This document shows positions 20,708 through 31,005 of a stretch of DNA of 64,000 nt, piece after piece. Numbering within the stretch: the first letter of the stretch is position 1; the number at the start of each line of letters is the position of its first letter. The notes below the pieces were generated by a model that saw only the letters and a list, made by a program, of their open reading frames with translations, ran no database searches and was not told the DNA's origin. Source of the DNA: a virus. Its lineage: Duplodnaviria > Heunggongvirae > Uroviricota > Caudoviricetes > Herelleviridae. The stretch lies in IMG/VR virus record IMGVR_UViG_2974502414_000001; one strand, 5' to 3'. The translations under genes were made by a program, and so were the position numbers.

Positions 20708-22084
20708 ATGGCATTAAATTTTACTACAATAACGGAAAACAATGTTATTAGAGACCTGACTACTCAGGTCAATAACATTGGAGAAGAATTAACAAAAGAA
20801 AGAAATATATTTGACATTACCGATGATTTAGTTTATAATTTTAATAAATCACAGAAAATTAAACTAACTGATGATAAAGGATTAACTAAATCTTATGGAA
20901 ACATAACAGCCCTTAGAGATATAAAAGAACCTGGTTATTACTATATAGGTGCTAGAACATTAGCAACATTATTAGATAGACCTGATATGGAATCTCTTGA
21001 TGTTGTTTTACATGTAGTACCTCTTGATACTTCTAGTAAGGTAGTTCAACATTTATATACACTATCTACTAACAATAACCAAATTAAAATGTTATATAGA
21101 TTTGTCTCAGGAAACTCTAGTTCAGAATGGCAATTTATTCAAGGATTACCTAGTAATAAAAATGCTGTTATATCAGGAACTAATATTTTAGATATAGCTT
21201 CACCAGGTGTTTACTTTGTTATGGGAATGACAGGAGGAATGCCTAGTGGAGTAAGCTCCGGATTTTTAGACTTAAGTGTAGATGCTAATGATAATAGATT
21301 AGCTAGACTAACTGATGCTGAAACCGGTAAAGAATATACTAGCATTAAGAAACCTACAGGAACATACACAGCCTGGAAAAAAGAATTTGAGCCAAAAGAT
21401 ATGGAGAAATATCTACTAAGTAGTATTAGAGACGATGGTAGTGCATCATTCCCACTCCTAGTTTATACTAGTGATAGTAAAACATTTCAACAAGCTATTA
21501 TAGACCATATAGATAGAACAGGTCAAACAACCTTTACTTTCTATGTTCAAGGCGGTGTATCCGGTTCCCCTATGTCGAATAGTTGTCGAGGGTTATTCAT
21601 GTCAGACACACCTAATACTTCTAGTTTATATGGTGTTTACAATGCTATAGGTACAGATGGTAGAAATGTAACAGGTTCAGTGGTAGGTAGTAATTGGACT
21701 TCACCAAAAACATCCCCTTCTCATAAAGAATTATGGACAGGAGCACAATCATTCTTATCTACAGGAACTACTAAGAATTTATCAGATGATATTAGTAACT
21801 ACTCTTATGTAGAAGTTTATACTACACATAAGACAACAGAGAAGACTAAAGGTAATGACAATACAGGAACTATATGTCATAAGTTTTATTTAGATGGTAG
21901 TGGAACTTACGTTTGTTCAGGTACATTTGTTTCCGGGGATAGAACCGATACAAAACCCCCTATCACGGAGTTTTATAGAGTAGGTGTATCTTTTAAAGGT
22001 TCTACATGGACTCTTGTAGATAGTGCAGTACAAAATAGTAAAACTCAATACGTTACAAGAATTATAGGTATTAATATGCCATAG
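20708..22084 (+). CDS. Receptor-binding protein (458 aa), wall-teichoic-acid binding in Kayviruses
   Basis: Last gene of tail module; fibre repeats plus ELWTG...NLSDDISNY tip domain; size and sequence match the recalled Kayvirus RBP. Confidence 0.78.
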   Translation: MALNFTTITENNVIRDLTTQVNNIGEELTKERNIFDITDDLVYNFNKSQKIKLTDDKGLTKSYGNITALRDIKEPGYYYIGARTLATLLDRPDMESLDVVLHVVPLDTSSKVVQHLYTLSTNNNQIKMLYRFVSGNSSSEWQFIQGLPSNKNAVISGTNILDIASPGVYFVMGMTGGMPSGVSSGFLDLSVDANDNRLARLTDAETGKEYTSIKKPTGTYTAWKKEFEPKDMEKYLLSSIRDDGSASFPLLVYTSDSKTFQQAIIDHIDRTGQTTFTFYVQGGVSGSPMSNSCRGLFMSDTPNTSSLYGVYNAIGTDGRNVTGSVVGSNWTSPKTSPSHKELWTGAQSFLSTGTTKNLSDDISNYSYVEVYTTHKTTEKTKGNDNTGTICHKFYLDGSGTYVCSGTFVSGDRTDTKPPITEFYRVGVSFKGSTWTLVDSAVQNSKTQYVTRIIGINMP

Positions 22085-22113
22085 ACTAGGAGAAATTTCC
22101 TAGTCTTTTTTTT
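22083..22113 (+). terminator. Rho-independent terminator ending tail module
   Basis: AGACTAGGA-gaaatt-TCCTAGTCT plus T-run. Confidence 0.9.
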
Positions 22114-22114
22114 C

Positions 22115-22143
22115 TTGACTTGAAAAGGATTCTGTGGTATACT
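22115..22143 (+). promoter_or_regulatory. sigmaA-type promoter TTGACT-N17-TATACT for replication module
   Basis: Consensus spacing, TGG extension. Confidence 0.8.
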
Positions 22144-22174
22144 ATAACTCGTGTAAGGATATAAGGAGATTAAA

Positions 22175-23923
22175 ATGAGATTAAGAATTAAGAACTTATA
22201 TACCTATGTAGAATTTGAGGAGGATGATAAATACTTAAAAGATATATTTTTAAAGAGAGTCCATACGACTATAGGAGCAAGACAAGAAGGATTTCAGTAC
22301 AGCCCTGCGTACAAAAGAGGTAGTTGGGATGGTTATGTAGATTTTTATGTTTATGAGGAAGATAAATTCCCCACTGGACTTTTATTTAAAATTGAGTTAT
22401 TATTAGGTGAGCTACAATCAAGGTATAATTTCCAGTTTGAAACAATTGATGAGCGTGATGAAAGTTTCTTATCTGAAGAAGATATTGATGATGAGATAAC
22501 ATTGCTTGATAATAATGTCGGTCAAATTACCTTAAGAGATTACCAATATGAAGCAGTGTACAATAGCTTAACATTTTACAATGGTATTGCTCACTTAGCT
22601 ACTAATGGTGGTAAAACTGAGGTTGCTAGTGGTATTATAGACCAATTATTACCTCAATTAGAAAAAGGTGAGAGAGTAGCATTCTTCACAGGCTCTACGG
22701 AGATATTCCATCAGTCTGCAGATAGGCTCCAAGAGCGTTTAAATATTCCTATTGGTAAAGTAGGTGCAGGTAAGTTTGATGTTAAGCAGGTTACAGTTGT
22801 AATGATACCTACTTTAAATGCAAACCTTAAAGACCCAACACAAGGGGTAAAGGTTACGCCTAAACAAAATATTAGTAAAAAGATTGCTCAAGAGATATTA
22901 CCTAAATTTGAAGGTGGAACAAATCAAAAGAAATTACTAAAAGTATTACTTGATAACACAACACCTAAAACAAAAGTAGAACAAAATGTATTAAGTGCCT
23001 TAGAGATAATTTACCAAAATAGTAAGACAGATGCAGAAGTTTTATTAAACTTAAGAAATCATAATGCACATTTTCAAAAAATTGTTAGAGAAAAGAACGA
23101 AAAGAAATATGATAAATATCAAGATATGAGAGATTTTTTAGACTCAGTTACAGTTATGATAGTTGATGAGGCACACCATTCTAAATCTGATTCTTGGTAC
23201 AATAATTTAATGACATGTGAAAAAGCTTTATATCGAATTGCATTAACAGGGTCTATAGATAAAAAAGATGAATTACTTTGGATGAGATTGCAGGCGCTAT
23301 TCGGTAATGTTATTGCACGAACTACTAATAAGTTTTTAATTGATGAAGGTCATTCTGCTAGACCAACAATAAATATTATACCTGTAGCTAATCCTAATGA
23401 CATAGATAGAATTGATGATTATAGGGAAGCTTACGATAAAGGTATAACAAATAATGATTTTAGGAATAAACTTATTGCAAAACTAACAGAAAAGTGGTAT
23501 AATCAAGATAAAGGTACATTGATTATTGTAAACTTCATTGAACATGGAGACACAATATCAGAAATGTTAAATGATTTAGATGTAGAGCATTACTTCTTAC
23601 ATGGAGAAATAGACTCTGAAACTAGGAGAGAAAAATTAAACGATATGAGAAGTGGTAAGCTTAAAGTAATGATAGCTACATCACTTATTGATGAGGGTGT
23701 AGATATATCAGGTATTAATGCACTAATATTAGGTGCAGGAGGTAAGTCATTAAGACAAACATTGCAACGTATTGGTCGTGCTTTACGTAAGAAAAAAGAC
23801 GATAATACAACACAAATATTTGATTTTAATGATATGACAAATAGATTTTTATATACTCATGCTAATGAGCGTAGGAAAATTTATGAAGAGGAAGATTTTG
23901 AAATAAAAGACTTAGGAAAATAG
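22175..23923 (+). CDS. SF2 (DEAH-box, UvsW-like) DNA helicase (582 aa)
   Basis: LATNGGKT Walker A, VDEAH Walker B, LTGS, EGVDI, QRIGR motifs. Confidence 0.92.
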   Translation: MRLRIKNLYTYVEFEEDDKYLKDIFLKRVHTTIGARQEGFQYSPAYKRGSWDGYVDFYVYEEDKFPTGLLFKIELLLGELQSRYNFQFETIDERDESFLSEEDIDDEITLLDNNVGQITLRDYQYEAVYNSLTFYNGIAHLATNGGKTEVASGIIDQLLPQLEKGERVAFFTGSTEIFHQSADRLQERLNIPIGKVGAGKFDVKQVTVVMIPTLNANLKDPTQGVKVTPKQNISKKIAQEILPKFEGGTNQKKLLKVLLDNTTPKTKVEQNVLSALEIIYQNSKTDAEVLLNLRNHNAHFQKIVREKNEKKYDKYQDMRDFLDSVTVMIVDEAHHSKSDSWYNNLMTCEKALYRIALTGSIDKKDELLWMRLQALFGNVIARTTNKFLIDEGHSARPTINIIPVANPNDIDRIDDYREAYDKGITNNDFRNKLIAKLTEKWYNQDKGTLIIVNFIEHGDTISEMLNDLDVEHYFLHGEIDSETRREKLNDMRSGKLKVMIATSLIDEGVDISGINALILGAGGKSLRQTLQRIGRALRKKKDDNTTQIFDFNDMTNRFLYTHANERRKIYEEEDFEIKDLGK

Positions 23924-23934
23924 GAGGGTAAGAG

Positions 23935-25548
23935 ATGGCAACAAAAACACAAAGAAAGCTATACCAATATCTAGAGGAAAATGCTACAGAAAATAAATTT
24001 CATATTTCTACTAAGAAAGAGCTAGCAGATTCTCTAGGTGTTTCCATCTCTGCTTTATCCAATAACCTTAAAAAGTTAGAAGAAGAAAATAAAGTCGTTA
24101 CTGTTTCTAAAAGAGGAAAAAACGGCGGGGTAATAATAACTTTAGTTAGAGAGTATGACACAGAAGAATTGAAAGAATTCAATAATTCTACAGATAATAT
24201 TATTACTTCCGATTTACAGTATGCTAAGGCATTAAGAGAAAAGCACTTCCCTTCTTATAGATATGAGAGAAAAGAACAACGTAGACGTACTAAGATAGAA
24301 ATGGCACAATACAATGCCATTAAGGATGAGAAGAGAAGAATTATAGCAGATATGAATTTCTATTCAGAAGGTCTTCCTTATCCTTCTAAAGATATTTTTA
24401 ATATGTCCTATGACCCGGAAGGGTTTTATAAAGCGTACATCTTATGTAAGTTATACGACCAATATGCTATTTCTCATATGGATGCTAAACATACAAGTCA
24501 TCTTAAAGCAATGAGTAAGGCAACAACTAAAGATGAATACGACTACCATCAACATATGTCTGAATACTATAGAAATAAAATGATTCAAAATTTACCTAGA
24601 AATAGCGTTAGTGATAATTTCTTTGGTAGTAAAATGTTTAATACTTTTTATAATTTTTATTTAAAAATAAAAGATAAAAATATTAATGTATTTAAGTATA
24701 TGCAAAATGTATTTAAAAATGTAACATTTTATTACGAGAACGGTATGCAACCTAATCCAATACCTTCTCCTAACTTCTTTAGCTCAGATAAGTATTTTAA
24801 AAACTATAATAATTATATTAAAGGAATAAAAAAAGGTGTTAACAGTACTAATAGACACCTAGGTGATACAGACAGCATCATTAATTCATCAGACTATGTG
24901 AAAAACCCTGCTGTATTACATCTACACCAACTATATACTACAGGATTAAATTCTACTTTACATGATATTGATACTATGTTTGAACAAGCCTTAGACCTTG
25001 AAAATGCCTCCTATGGATTATTTGGAGATATGAAACATATTATTTTACTACAGTATAATTCTATGATTGAAGAAGAAATTAAGAATTTACCTAGAGAAGA
25101 AAAGGATATTATTAATAAATATGTAAAACAATGCATAATTAATGATTATTCACCAACAAGTATTTCACCTTCTGCAAGGTTATCAATGTTTACTATGCAG
25201 AAAGAGCATATAGTTTACAATAAGCAGTTAAATAAAGGAATCAAGAGAGAGGATTTATTACCATTAAGTCTAGGAGGTATAGTGAATAAAGATTTATTGA
25301 GTGGTATGGATATACAAAACTTAGAACAGAATGGTAATGAATACCTATATATGAGACAACATACTTCAACTTATTATATATTAAGAATGTTTGGTGACTA
25401 TTTAGGGTATGAGGTAAACTTAAGAGAAGTAAAATATATTGTAGAGAAATATAATTTAATTGATAAAATACCATTGACAAAAGAGGGTATGTTGGATTAT
25501 AATAAACTTATACATTTAGTAGAGGAAGAGGTTAATAACTATGAGTAA
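23935..25548 (+). CDS. Putative replication (Rep-like) protein with N-terminal winged HTH (537 aa)
   Basis: TKKELADSLGVSISALSNNLKKLEEE HTH; between two helicases. Confidence 0.6.
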   Translation: MATKTQRKLYQYLEENATENKFHISTKKELADSLGVSISALSNNLKKLEEENKVVTVSKRGKNGGVIITLVREYDTEELKEFNNSTDNIITSDLQYAKALREKHFPSYRYERKEQRRRTKIEMAQYNAIKDEKRRIIADMNFYSEGLPYPSKDIFNMSYDPEGFYKAYILCKLYDQYAISHMDAKHTSHLKAMSKATTKDEYDYHQHMSEYYRNKMIQNLPRNSVSDNFFGSKMFNTFYNFYLKIKDKNINVFKYMQNVFKNVTFYYENGMQPNPIPSPNFFSSDKYFKNYNNYIKGIKKGVNSTNRHLGDTDSIINSSDYVKNPAVLHLHQLYTTGLNSTLHDIDTMFEQALDLENASYGLFGDMKHIILLQYNSMIEEEIKNLPREEKDIINKYVKQCIINDYSPTSISPSARLSMFTMQKEHIVYNKQLNKGIKREDLLPLSLGGIVNKDLLSGMDIQNLEQNGNEYLYMRQHTSTYYILRMFGDYLGYEVNLREVKYIVEKYNLIDKIPLTKEGMLDYNKLIHLVEEEVNNYE

Positions 25549-26983
25549 GAAGATAAAGGAGCTTATCCTTCATAAATCAATGAAGGATATACATTTTGCA
25601 AGAGAAGTATTAGATAACTTACCTAAGAATCTATTTTCAGCAGAGTCTGAGGACATGGGTTACTTATTTACAGCTATAAAGAGAACAGCACATATTTCCG
25701 ATAAGATGTCAAATGAAGCATTAGCAATTAAAGTAGAACAGCTTATGGGTAATAATAAGGAAGATGAAGAGAAAGTAACCAAGACATTAACTTACTTAGA
25801 AGATTTATATAAAGTAGACGTTAATGAAAAAGATGAATCTGTTAATTATGAAATAGAGAAGTATATTAAAACAGAAATGTCAAAAGAAGTTTTAGTTAAA
25901 TTTATTGCAGAAAATAAACAAGAAGACTCTGATAATCTACATGAACTTGTAGACAAACTAAAGCAAATAGAAGTAAGTGACATCTCAGGAGGTAATGGGG
26001 AGTTTATTGACTTCTTCGAAGATACAGAAAAGAAACAAGAACTATTGAGTAATTTAGCTACAAATAAATTCTCTACTGGATTTACTTCTATTGACAACCA
26101 TATTGAAGGTGGTATAGCAAGAGGAGAGGTTGGATTAATCATAGCTCCTACCGGTAGAGGTAAATCATTAATGGCTTCAAACTTAGCTAAGAATTATGTT
26201 AAAAGTGGATTAAGTGTTTTATATATTGCCTTAGAGGAAAAAATGGATAGAATGGTTTTGCGTGCTGAGCAACAAATGGCAGGAGCAGAAAAGAGTCAAA
26301 TTGTAAATCAGGATATGTCTTTAAATAATAAAGTTTATGATGCAATACAAAATCATTATCAGAAGAATAGAAAGTTATTAGGTGACTTTTATATTTCTAA
26401 ACATATGCCAGGTGAAGTTACACCAAACCAATTAGAACAAATTATTGTCAATACAACAATTAAGAAGGATAAAAATATTGATGTTGTTATTATTGACTAT
26501 CCTCACTTAATGAGAAATCCTTATGCTAAATATCATTCAGAATCAGATGCAGGAGGGAAATTGTTTGAAGATATTCGTAGATTATCACAGCAATATGGAT
26601 TTGTTTGTTGGACGTTAGCTCAAACTAACCGTGGTGCTTATGGTTCAGATGTTATTACAAGTGAGCATGTAGAAGGTTCTCGTAAGATTGTCAATGCTGT
26701 TGAGGTGTCTTTAGCAGTAAACCAAAAAGATGAAGAATTCAAGAGCGGTTTCTTAAGATTGTATTTAGATAAAATTCGTAATAGCTCTAACACAGGAGAA
26801 CGATTTGTTAATCTTAAAGTAGAACCAACTAAGATGATTGTAAGAGATGAAACACCTGAAGAAAAACAAGAGCATATACAATTGCTATCAGATAATGGAA
26901 AAGAAGACACAAGTAAATTTCAAAATAAAGATAATAAAATAGAAGCTATAAATAACACATTCGGAGGATTACCGGGAGTTTAA
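25541..26983 (+). CDS. DnaB-like (SF4) replicative helicase (480 aa)
   Basis: APTGRGKS Walker A, YIALEE, VIIDY, AQTNR, EGSR motifs. Confidence 0.92.
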   Translation: MSKKIKELILHKSMKDIHFAREVLDNLPKNLFSAESEDMGYLFTAIKRTAHISDKMSNEALAIKVEQLMGNNKEDEEKVTKTLTYLEDLYKVDVNEKDESVNYEIEKYIKTEMSKEVLVKFIAENKQEDSDNLHELVDKLKQIEVSDISGGNGEFIDFFEDTEKKQELLSNLATNKFSTGFTSIDNHIEGGIARGEVGLIIAPTGRGKSLMASNLAKNYVKSGLSVLYIALEEKMDRMVLRAEQQMAGAEKSQIVNQDMSLNNKVYDAIQNHYQKNRKLLGDFYISKHMPGEVTPNQLEQIIVNTTIKKDKNIDVVIIDYPHLMRNPYAKYHSESDAGGKLFEDIRRLSQQYGFVCWTLAQTNRGAYGSDVITSEHVEGSRKIVNAVEVSLAVNQKDEEFKSGFLRLYLDKIRNSSNTGERFVNLKVEPTKMIVRDETPEEKQEHIQLLSDNGKEDTSKFQNKDNKIEAINNTFGGLPGV

Positions 26984-27001
26984 TTTTTTAAAATATACCA
27001 C

Positions 27002-27030
27002 TTGACATTTTATATGTTAGGTGGTATAAT
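27002..27030 (+). promoter_or_regulatory. sigmaA-type promoter TTGACA-N17-TATAAT
   Basis: Perfect consensus. Confidence 0.88.
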
Positions 27031-27061
27031 TATTTTATAAAGAATAAAGGAGAGATTAATA

Positions 27062-28099
27062 ATGAAATTTGTATTCTTTACAGATAGCCACTTTCACTTA
27101 TTTACTAACTATGCTAAACCTGATGAGCAGTATGTGAATGATAGATTTAGAGAACAGATACAAGCTTTACAGAAAATGTTTGATATTGCAAGAGAAGAGG
27201 ATGCAACAGTTATATTTGGTGGGGATTTATTCCACAAACGTAACGCAGTAGATACTAGAGTATATAATAAGGTATTTGAAACATTCCAACTTAATAGAGA
27301 TATAGAAGTACTAATGTTAAGAGGTAATCATGATTCAGTTACAAATAGTTTATATACAGATTCTAGTATAGAACCTTTCGGTTACTTACCTAATGTAGAG
27401 GTTTGTAAAAACCTTGATACTTTAGGGTTTTTAGGAGAAGAACAGGATATTAATATTGTTATGGCTCCTTATGGAGACGAGACTGAAGAAATTAAAGAGT
27501 TTATTAAAAATAAATATGTAGAAGATAGAGTAAATATCTTAGTAGGTCATTTAGGTGTAGAAGGCTCTTTGACTGGAAAAGGGTCTCATAGATTAGAAGG
27601 GGCATTTGGATACCAGGATTTATTACCTGATAAATATGATTTCATTTTACTAGGTCATTATCACCGTAGACAATATTTCCAAAATCCGAATCATTTTTAT
27701 GGTGGTTCATTAATGCAACAATCATTTTCTGATGAGCAAGAAGCTAATGGTGTTCATTTAATAGATACAGAAAAAATGACTACAGAATTCATCCCAATCC
27801 ATACACGTAGATTTATTACTATTCAAGGAGAAGATATTCCTGAGAACTTTGAACAGCTAATCGAGGAAGATAATTTTATTAGGGTTATCGGTACAGCAAA
27901 TCATGCTAAGGTTTTAGAAATGGATGACAGTATGAAAGATAAGAATGTTGAAGTTCAAATTAAAAAAGAGTATACTGTAGAGAAACGTATTGATAGTGAT
28001 GTGTCTGATGACCCTTTAACAATTGCTAGTACCTATGCTAAACAATACTCACCTGAATCAGAACAAGAAATACTTGAGTGTTTGAAGGAGGTTTTATAA
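27062..28099 (+). CDS. sbcD: SbcD/Mre11-like nuclease subunit (345 aa)
   Basis: DSHFH, GGDLFH, GNHD, GHLG, LGHYH phosphoesterase motifs; adjacent SbcC. Confidence 0.88.
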   Translation: MKFVFFTDSHFHLFTNYAKPDEQYVNDRFREQIQALQKMFDIAREEDATVIFGGDLFHKRNAVDTRVYNKVFETFQLNRDIEVLMLRGNHDSVTNSLYTDSSIEPFGYLPNVEVCKNLDTLGFLGEEQDINIVMAPYGDETEEIKEFIKNKYVEDRVNILVGHLGVEGSLTGKGSHRLEGAFGYQDLLPDKYDFILLGHYHRRQYFQNPNHFYGGSLMQQSFSDEQEANGVHLIDTEKMTTEFIPIHTRRFITIQGEDIPENFEQLIEEDNFIRVIGTANHAKVLEMDDSMKDKNVEVQIKKEYTVEKRIDSDVSDDPLTIASTYAKQYSPESEQEILECLKEVL

Positions 28100-28476
28100 T
28101 GAAAAAATATAGAGAATATCTAAATAAGACAGATGCAGAAAATTTAGCAGAGGATTGGGAGAAAGTAACCGAAGATTTATGGAAAGTGTTTAAAGATATG
28201 AAACCTAAAATTAATACATTAGATATCAGTAATGTAGTAAGTAAAGACTTAGATAAAAGTAAACCTATTTTACAATTCCAAGATTCAGATGGAGTAATAG
28301 AGAATATTTGTAATGTTGAAGGTTTAGAAGATGGTCTAAGTAAAATGAAAAAGATTTTTGATGATAGTAATTTTGAAAAGCATTATTACAATAGAGTAGT
28401 AGACCATGATGAGTATTACTGGATTGATTATGGCTCTCATCATTGTTTCTTTAGAGTTACGAAAGGGGATAAGTAA
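28099..28476 (+). CDS. Hypothetical protein (125 aa) between sbcD and sbcC
   Basis: RBS AAGGAGG favours ATG 28099; TAATG overlaps on both sides. Confidence 0.75.
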   Translation: MKKYREYLNKTDAENLAEDWEKVTEDLWKVFKDMKPKINTLDISNVVSKDLDKSKPILQFQDSDGVIENICNVEGLEDGLSKMKKIFDDSNFEKHYYNRVVDHDEYYWIDYGSHHCFFRVTKGDK

Positions 28477-30395
28477 TGGTTGTATTTAAACAAGTAGAAG
28501 TTAATAATTTTTTAGCAATTAAAGAAGCTACGCTAGAGTTAGACAATAGAGGATTAATTCTAATTGAAGGTGAGAATAAATCTAATGAGTCATTTCATTC
28601 AAACGGCTCAGGAAAATCAACTTTAATATCTGCCATTACTTACGCTTTATATGGTAAAACTGAAAAAGGACTAAAAGCAGATGATGTAGTAAATAATATT
28701 GAGAAGAAAAATACATCTGTTAAACTTAAGTTTGATATTGGGGAAGATAGTTATTTAATTGAACGTTATCGTAAAGATAAAGAGAATAAGAATAAAGTAA
28801 AATTATTCGTTAATGAAAAAGAGATTACAGGTTCAACAAATGACGTTACCGATAAACAAATACAAGATTTATTTGGTATTGAGTTTAATACTTACGTTAA
28901 TGCCATCATGTATGGTCAAGGAGATATCCCTATGTTCTCTCAAGCAACAGATAAAGGTAAGAAAGAAATTCTTGAATCTATTACTAAGACAGACGTATAT
29001 AAACAAGCACAAGATGTAGCAAAAGAGAAAGTTAAAGAAGTGGAAGAACAACAAAATAACATAAGACAGGAAATCTATAAACTAGGTTATCAGTTATCGA
29101 CAAAAGATGAGTACTTTCAAAGAGAAATAGAGCAGTACAATCAATATAAAGAACAATTGGTTCAGATAGAAAACAGTAATAAGGAAAAAGATAGATTAAG
29201 AGAACAAGAGGAGAAGCAAATAGAAGCTCAAATAGAGCAACTAGCTTCACAGATACCAACAATACCTGAAGATGAATTTAAGCACTCAGAGGAGTATAAT
29301 AAAGCCTCTCAAAGCCTAGATTTACTTTCTAATAAATTAACGGAGTTAAATCAAGTTTACTCAGAGTATAATACCAAAGAACAAGTACTAAAATCTGAAA
29401 TAGCTACATTAAGCAATAGTCTAAATCAGTTAGATACAAATGACCATTGTCCTGTTTGTGGCTCCCCTATAGATAATTCTCATAAATTAAAAGAACAGGA
29501 AAATATCAATAATCAGATTGAGAATAAGAAACAAGAGATTACTAGTGTATTAGAAATGAAAGATACGTATAAAGAAGCTATTGATAAAGTAAAAGATAAA
29601 TCACAAGAAATTAAAGATAAAATGTCACAGGAAGACCAACAAGAACGAGAGCACAATAATAAGATTAACAGCATAATTCAAGAGGCTTCTAGGATTAAAT
29701 CAGACATTAGTTCATTAGAGAATAATAAAACGTATTTAAAAGTTAAATATCAACATCAATCTGTTCAAGGATTAGAGAGAGAAGAACCAAGTAAAGAAAA
29801 ACATGAGGAAGATAAGAAAGAATTACAAGAATCTATTGACAAACATGAAGAGAATATAGTACAATTAGAAACTAAGAAAGGTAAATATCAGCAAGCTGTA
29901 GATGCTTTTAGTAATAAAGGTATACGTTCAGTAGTGTTAGACTTTATTACACCATTCTTAAATGAAAAAGCAAATGAGTACCTTCAAACTTTATCAGGTT
30001 CAGATATTGAAATAGAGTTCCAAACTCAAGTGAAGAATGCTAAAGGAGAACTAAAAGATAAGTTTGATGTTATTGTTAAGAATAGCAAGGGCGGAGGTTC
30101 GTACAAATCCAATTCAGCAGGAGAACAAAAACGTATTGATTTAGCAATTAGTTTTGCAATTCAGGATTTAATTATGAGTAAAGATGAGATATCTACGAAT
30201 ATTGCACTTTACGATGAGTGTTTTGATGGATTAGATACTATCGGTTGTGAAAACGTGATTAAATTATTAAAAGATAGACTTAATACAGTAGGAACAATAT
30301 TTGTAATTACTCATAATACCGAGCTTAAACCACTGTTTGAACAAACAATTAAAATCGTAAAAGAAAATGGAGTATCAAAACTGGAGGAAAAATAA
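28476..30395 (+). CDS. sbcC: SbcC/Rad50-like SMC ATPase (639 aa)
   Basis: NGSGKS Walker A, coiled coils with CPVC zinc hook, SAGE signature, YDECFDGLD Walker B. Confidence 0.92.
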   Translation: MVVFKQVEVNNFLAIKEATLELDNRGLILIEGENKSNESFHSNGSGKSTLISAITYALYGKTEKGLKADDVVNNIEKKNTSVKLKFDIGEDSYLIERYRKDKENKNKVKLFVNEKEITGSTNDVTDKQIQDLFGIEFNTYVNAIMYGQGDIPMFSQATDKGKKEILESITKTDVYKQAQDVAKEKVKEVEEQQNNIRQEIYKLGYQLSTKDEYFQREIEQYNQYKEQLVQIENSNKEKDRLREQEEKQIEAQIEQLASQIPTIPEDEFKHSEEYNKASQSLDLLSNKLTELNQVYSEYNTKEQVLKSEIATLSNSLNQLDTNDHCPVCGSPIDNSHKLKEQENINNQIENKKQEITSVLEMKDTYKEAIDKVKDKSQEIKDKMSQEDQQEREHNNKINSIIQEASRIKSDISSLENNKTYLKVKYQHQSVQGLEREEPSKEKHEEDKKELQESIDKHEENIVQLETKKGKYQQAVDAFSNKGIRSVVLDFITPFLNEKANEYLQTLSGSDIEIEFQTQVKNAKGELKDKFDVIVKNSKGGGSYKSNSAGEQKRIDLAISFAIQDLIMSKDEISTNIALYDECFDGLDTIGCENVIKLLKDRLNTVGTIFVITHNTELKPLFEQTIKIVKENGVSKLEEK

Positions 30396-30991
30396 TGAAA
30401 TTAAAGATTTTAGATAAAGATAATGCAACACTTAATGTGTTTCATCGTAATAAGGAGCACAAAACAATAGATAATGTACCAACTGCTAACTTAGTTGATT
30501 GGTACCCTCTAAGTAATGCTTATGAGTACAAGTTAAGTAGAAACGGGGAATACTTAGAATTAAAAAGATTACGTTCTACTTTACCTTCATCTTATGGTTT
30601 AGATGATAATAACCAAGATATTATTAGAGATAATAACCATAGATGTAAAATAGGTTATTGGTACAACCCTGCAGTACGCAAAGATAATTTAAAGATTATA
30701 GAGAAAGCTAAACAATATGGATTACCTATTATAACAGAAGAATATGATGCTAATACTGTAGAGCAAGGATTTAGAGATATTGGAGTTATATTCCAAAGTC
30801 TTAAAACTATTGTTGTTACTAGATACCTAGAAGGTAAAACAGAAGAAGAATTAAGAATATTTAACATGAAATCAGAAGAGTCACAACTGAATGAAGCACT
30901 TAAAGAGAGTGATTTTTCTGTAGATTTAACTTATAGTGACTTAGGACAAATTTATAATATGTTGTTATTAATGAAAAAAATTAGTAAATAG
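30395..30991 (+). CDS. Anti-sigmaA factor (phage G1 gp67 type, 198 aa)
   Basis: Sequence, length and position recognised as G1 ORF67, which binds sigmaA region 4 (from memory). Confidence 0.8.
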   Translation: MKLKILDKDNATLNVFHRNKEHKTIDNVPTANLVDWYPLSNAYEYKLSRNGEYLELKRLRSTLPSSYGLDDNNQDIIRDNNHRCKIGYWYNPAVRKDNLKIIEKAKQYGLPIITEEYDANTVEQGFRDIGVIFQSLKTIVVTRYLEGKTEEELRIFNMKSEESQLNEALKESDFSVDLTYSDLGQIYNMLLLMKKISK

Positions 30992-31005
30992 TAAGGAAGG
31001 ATATT

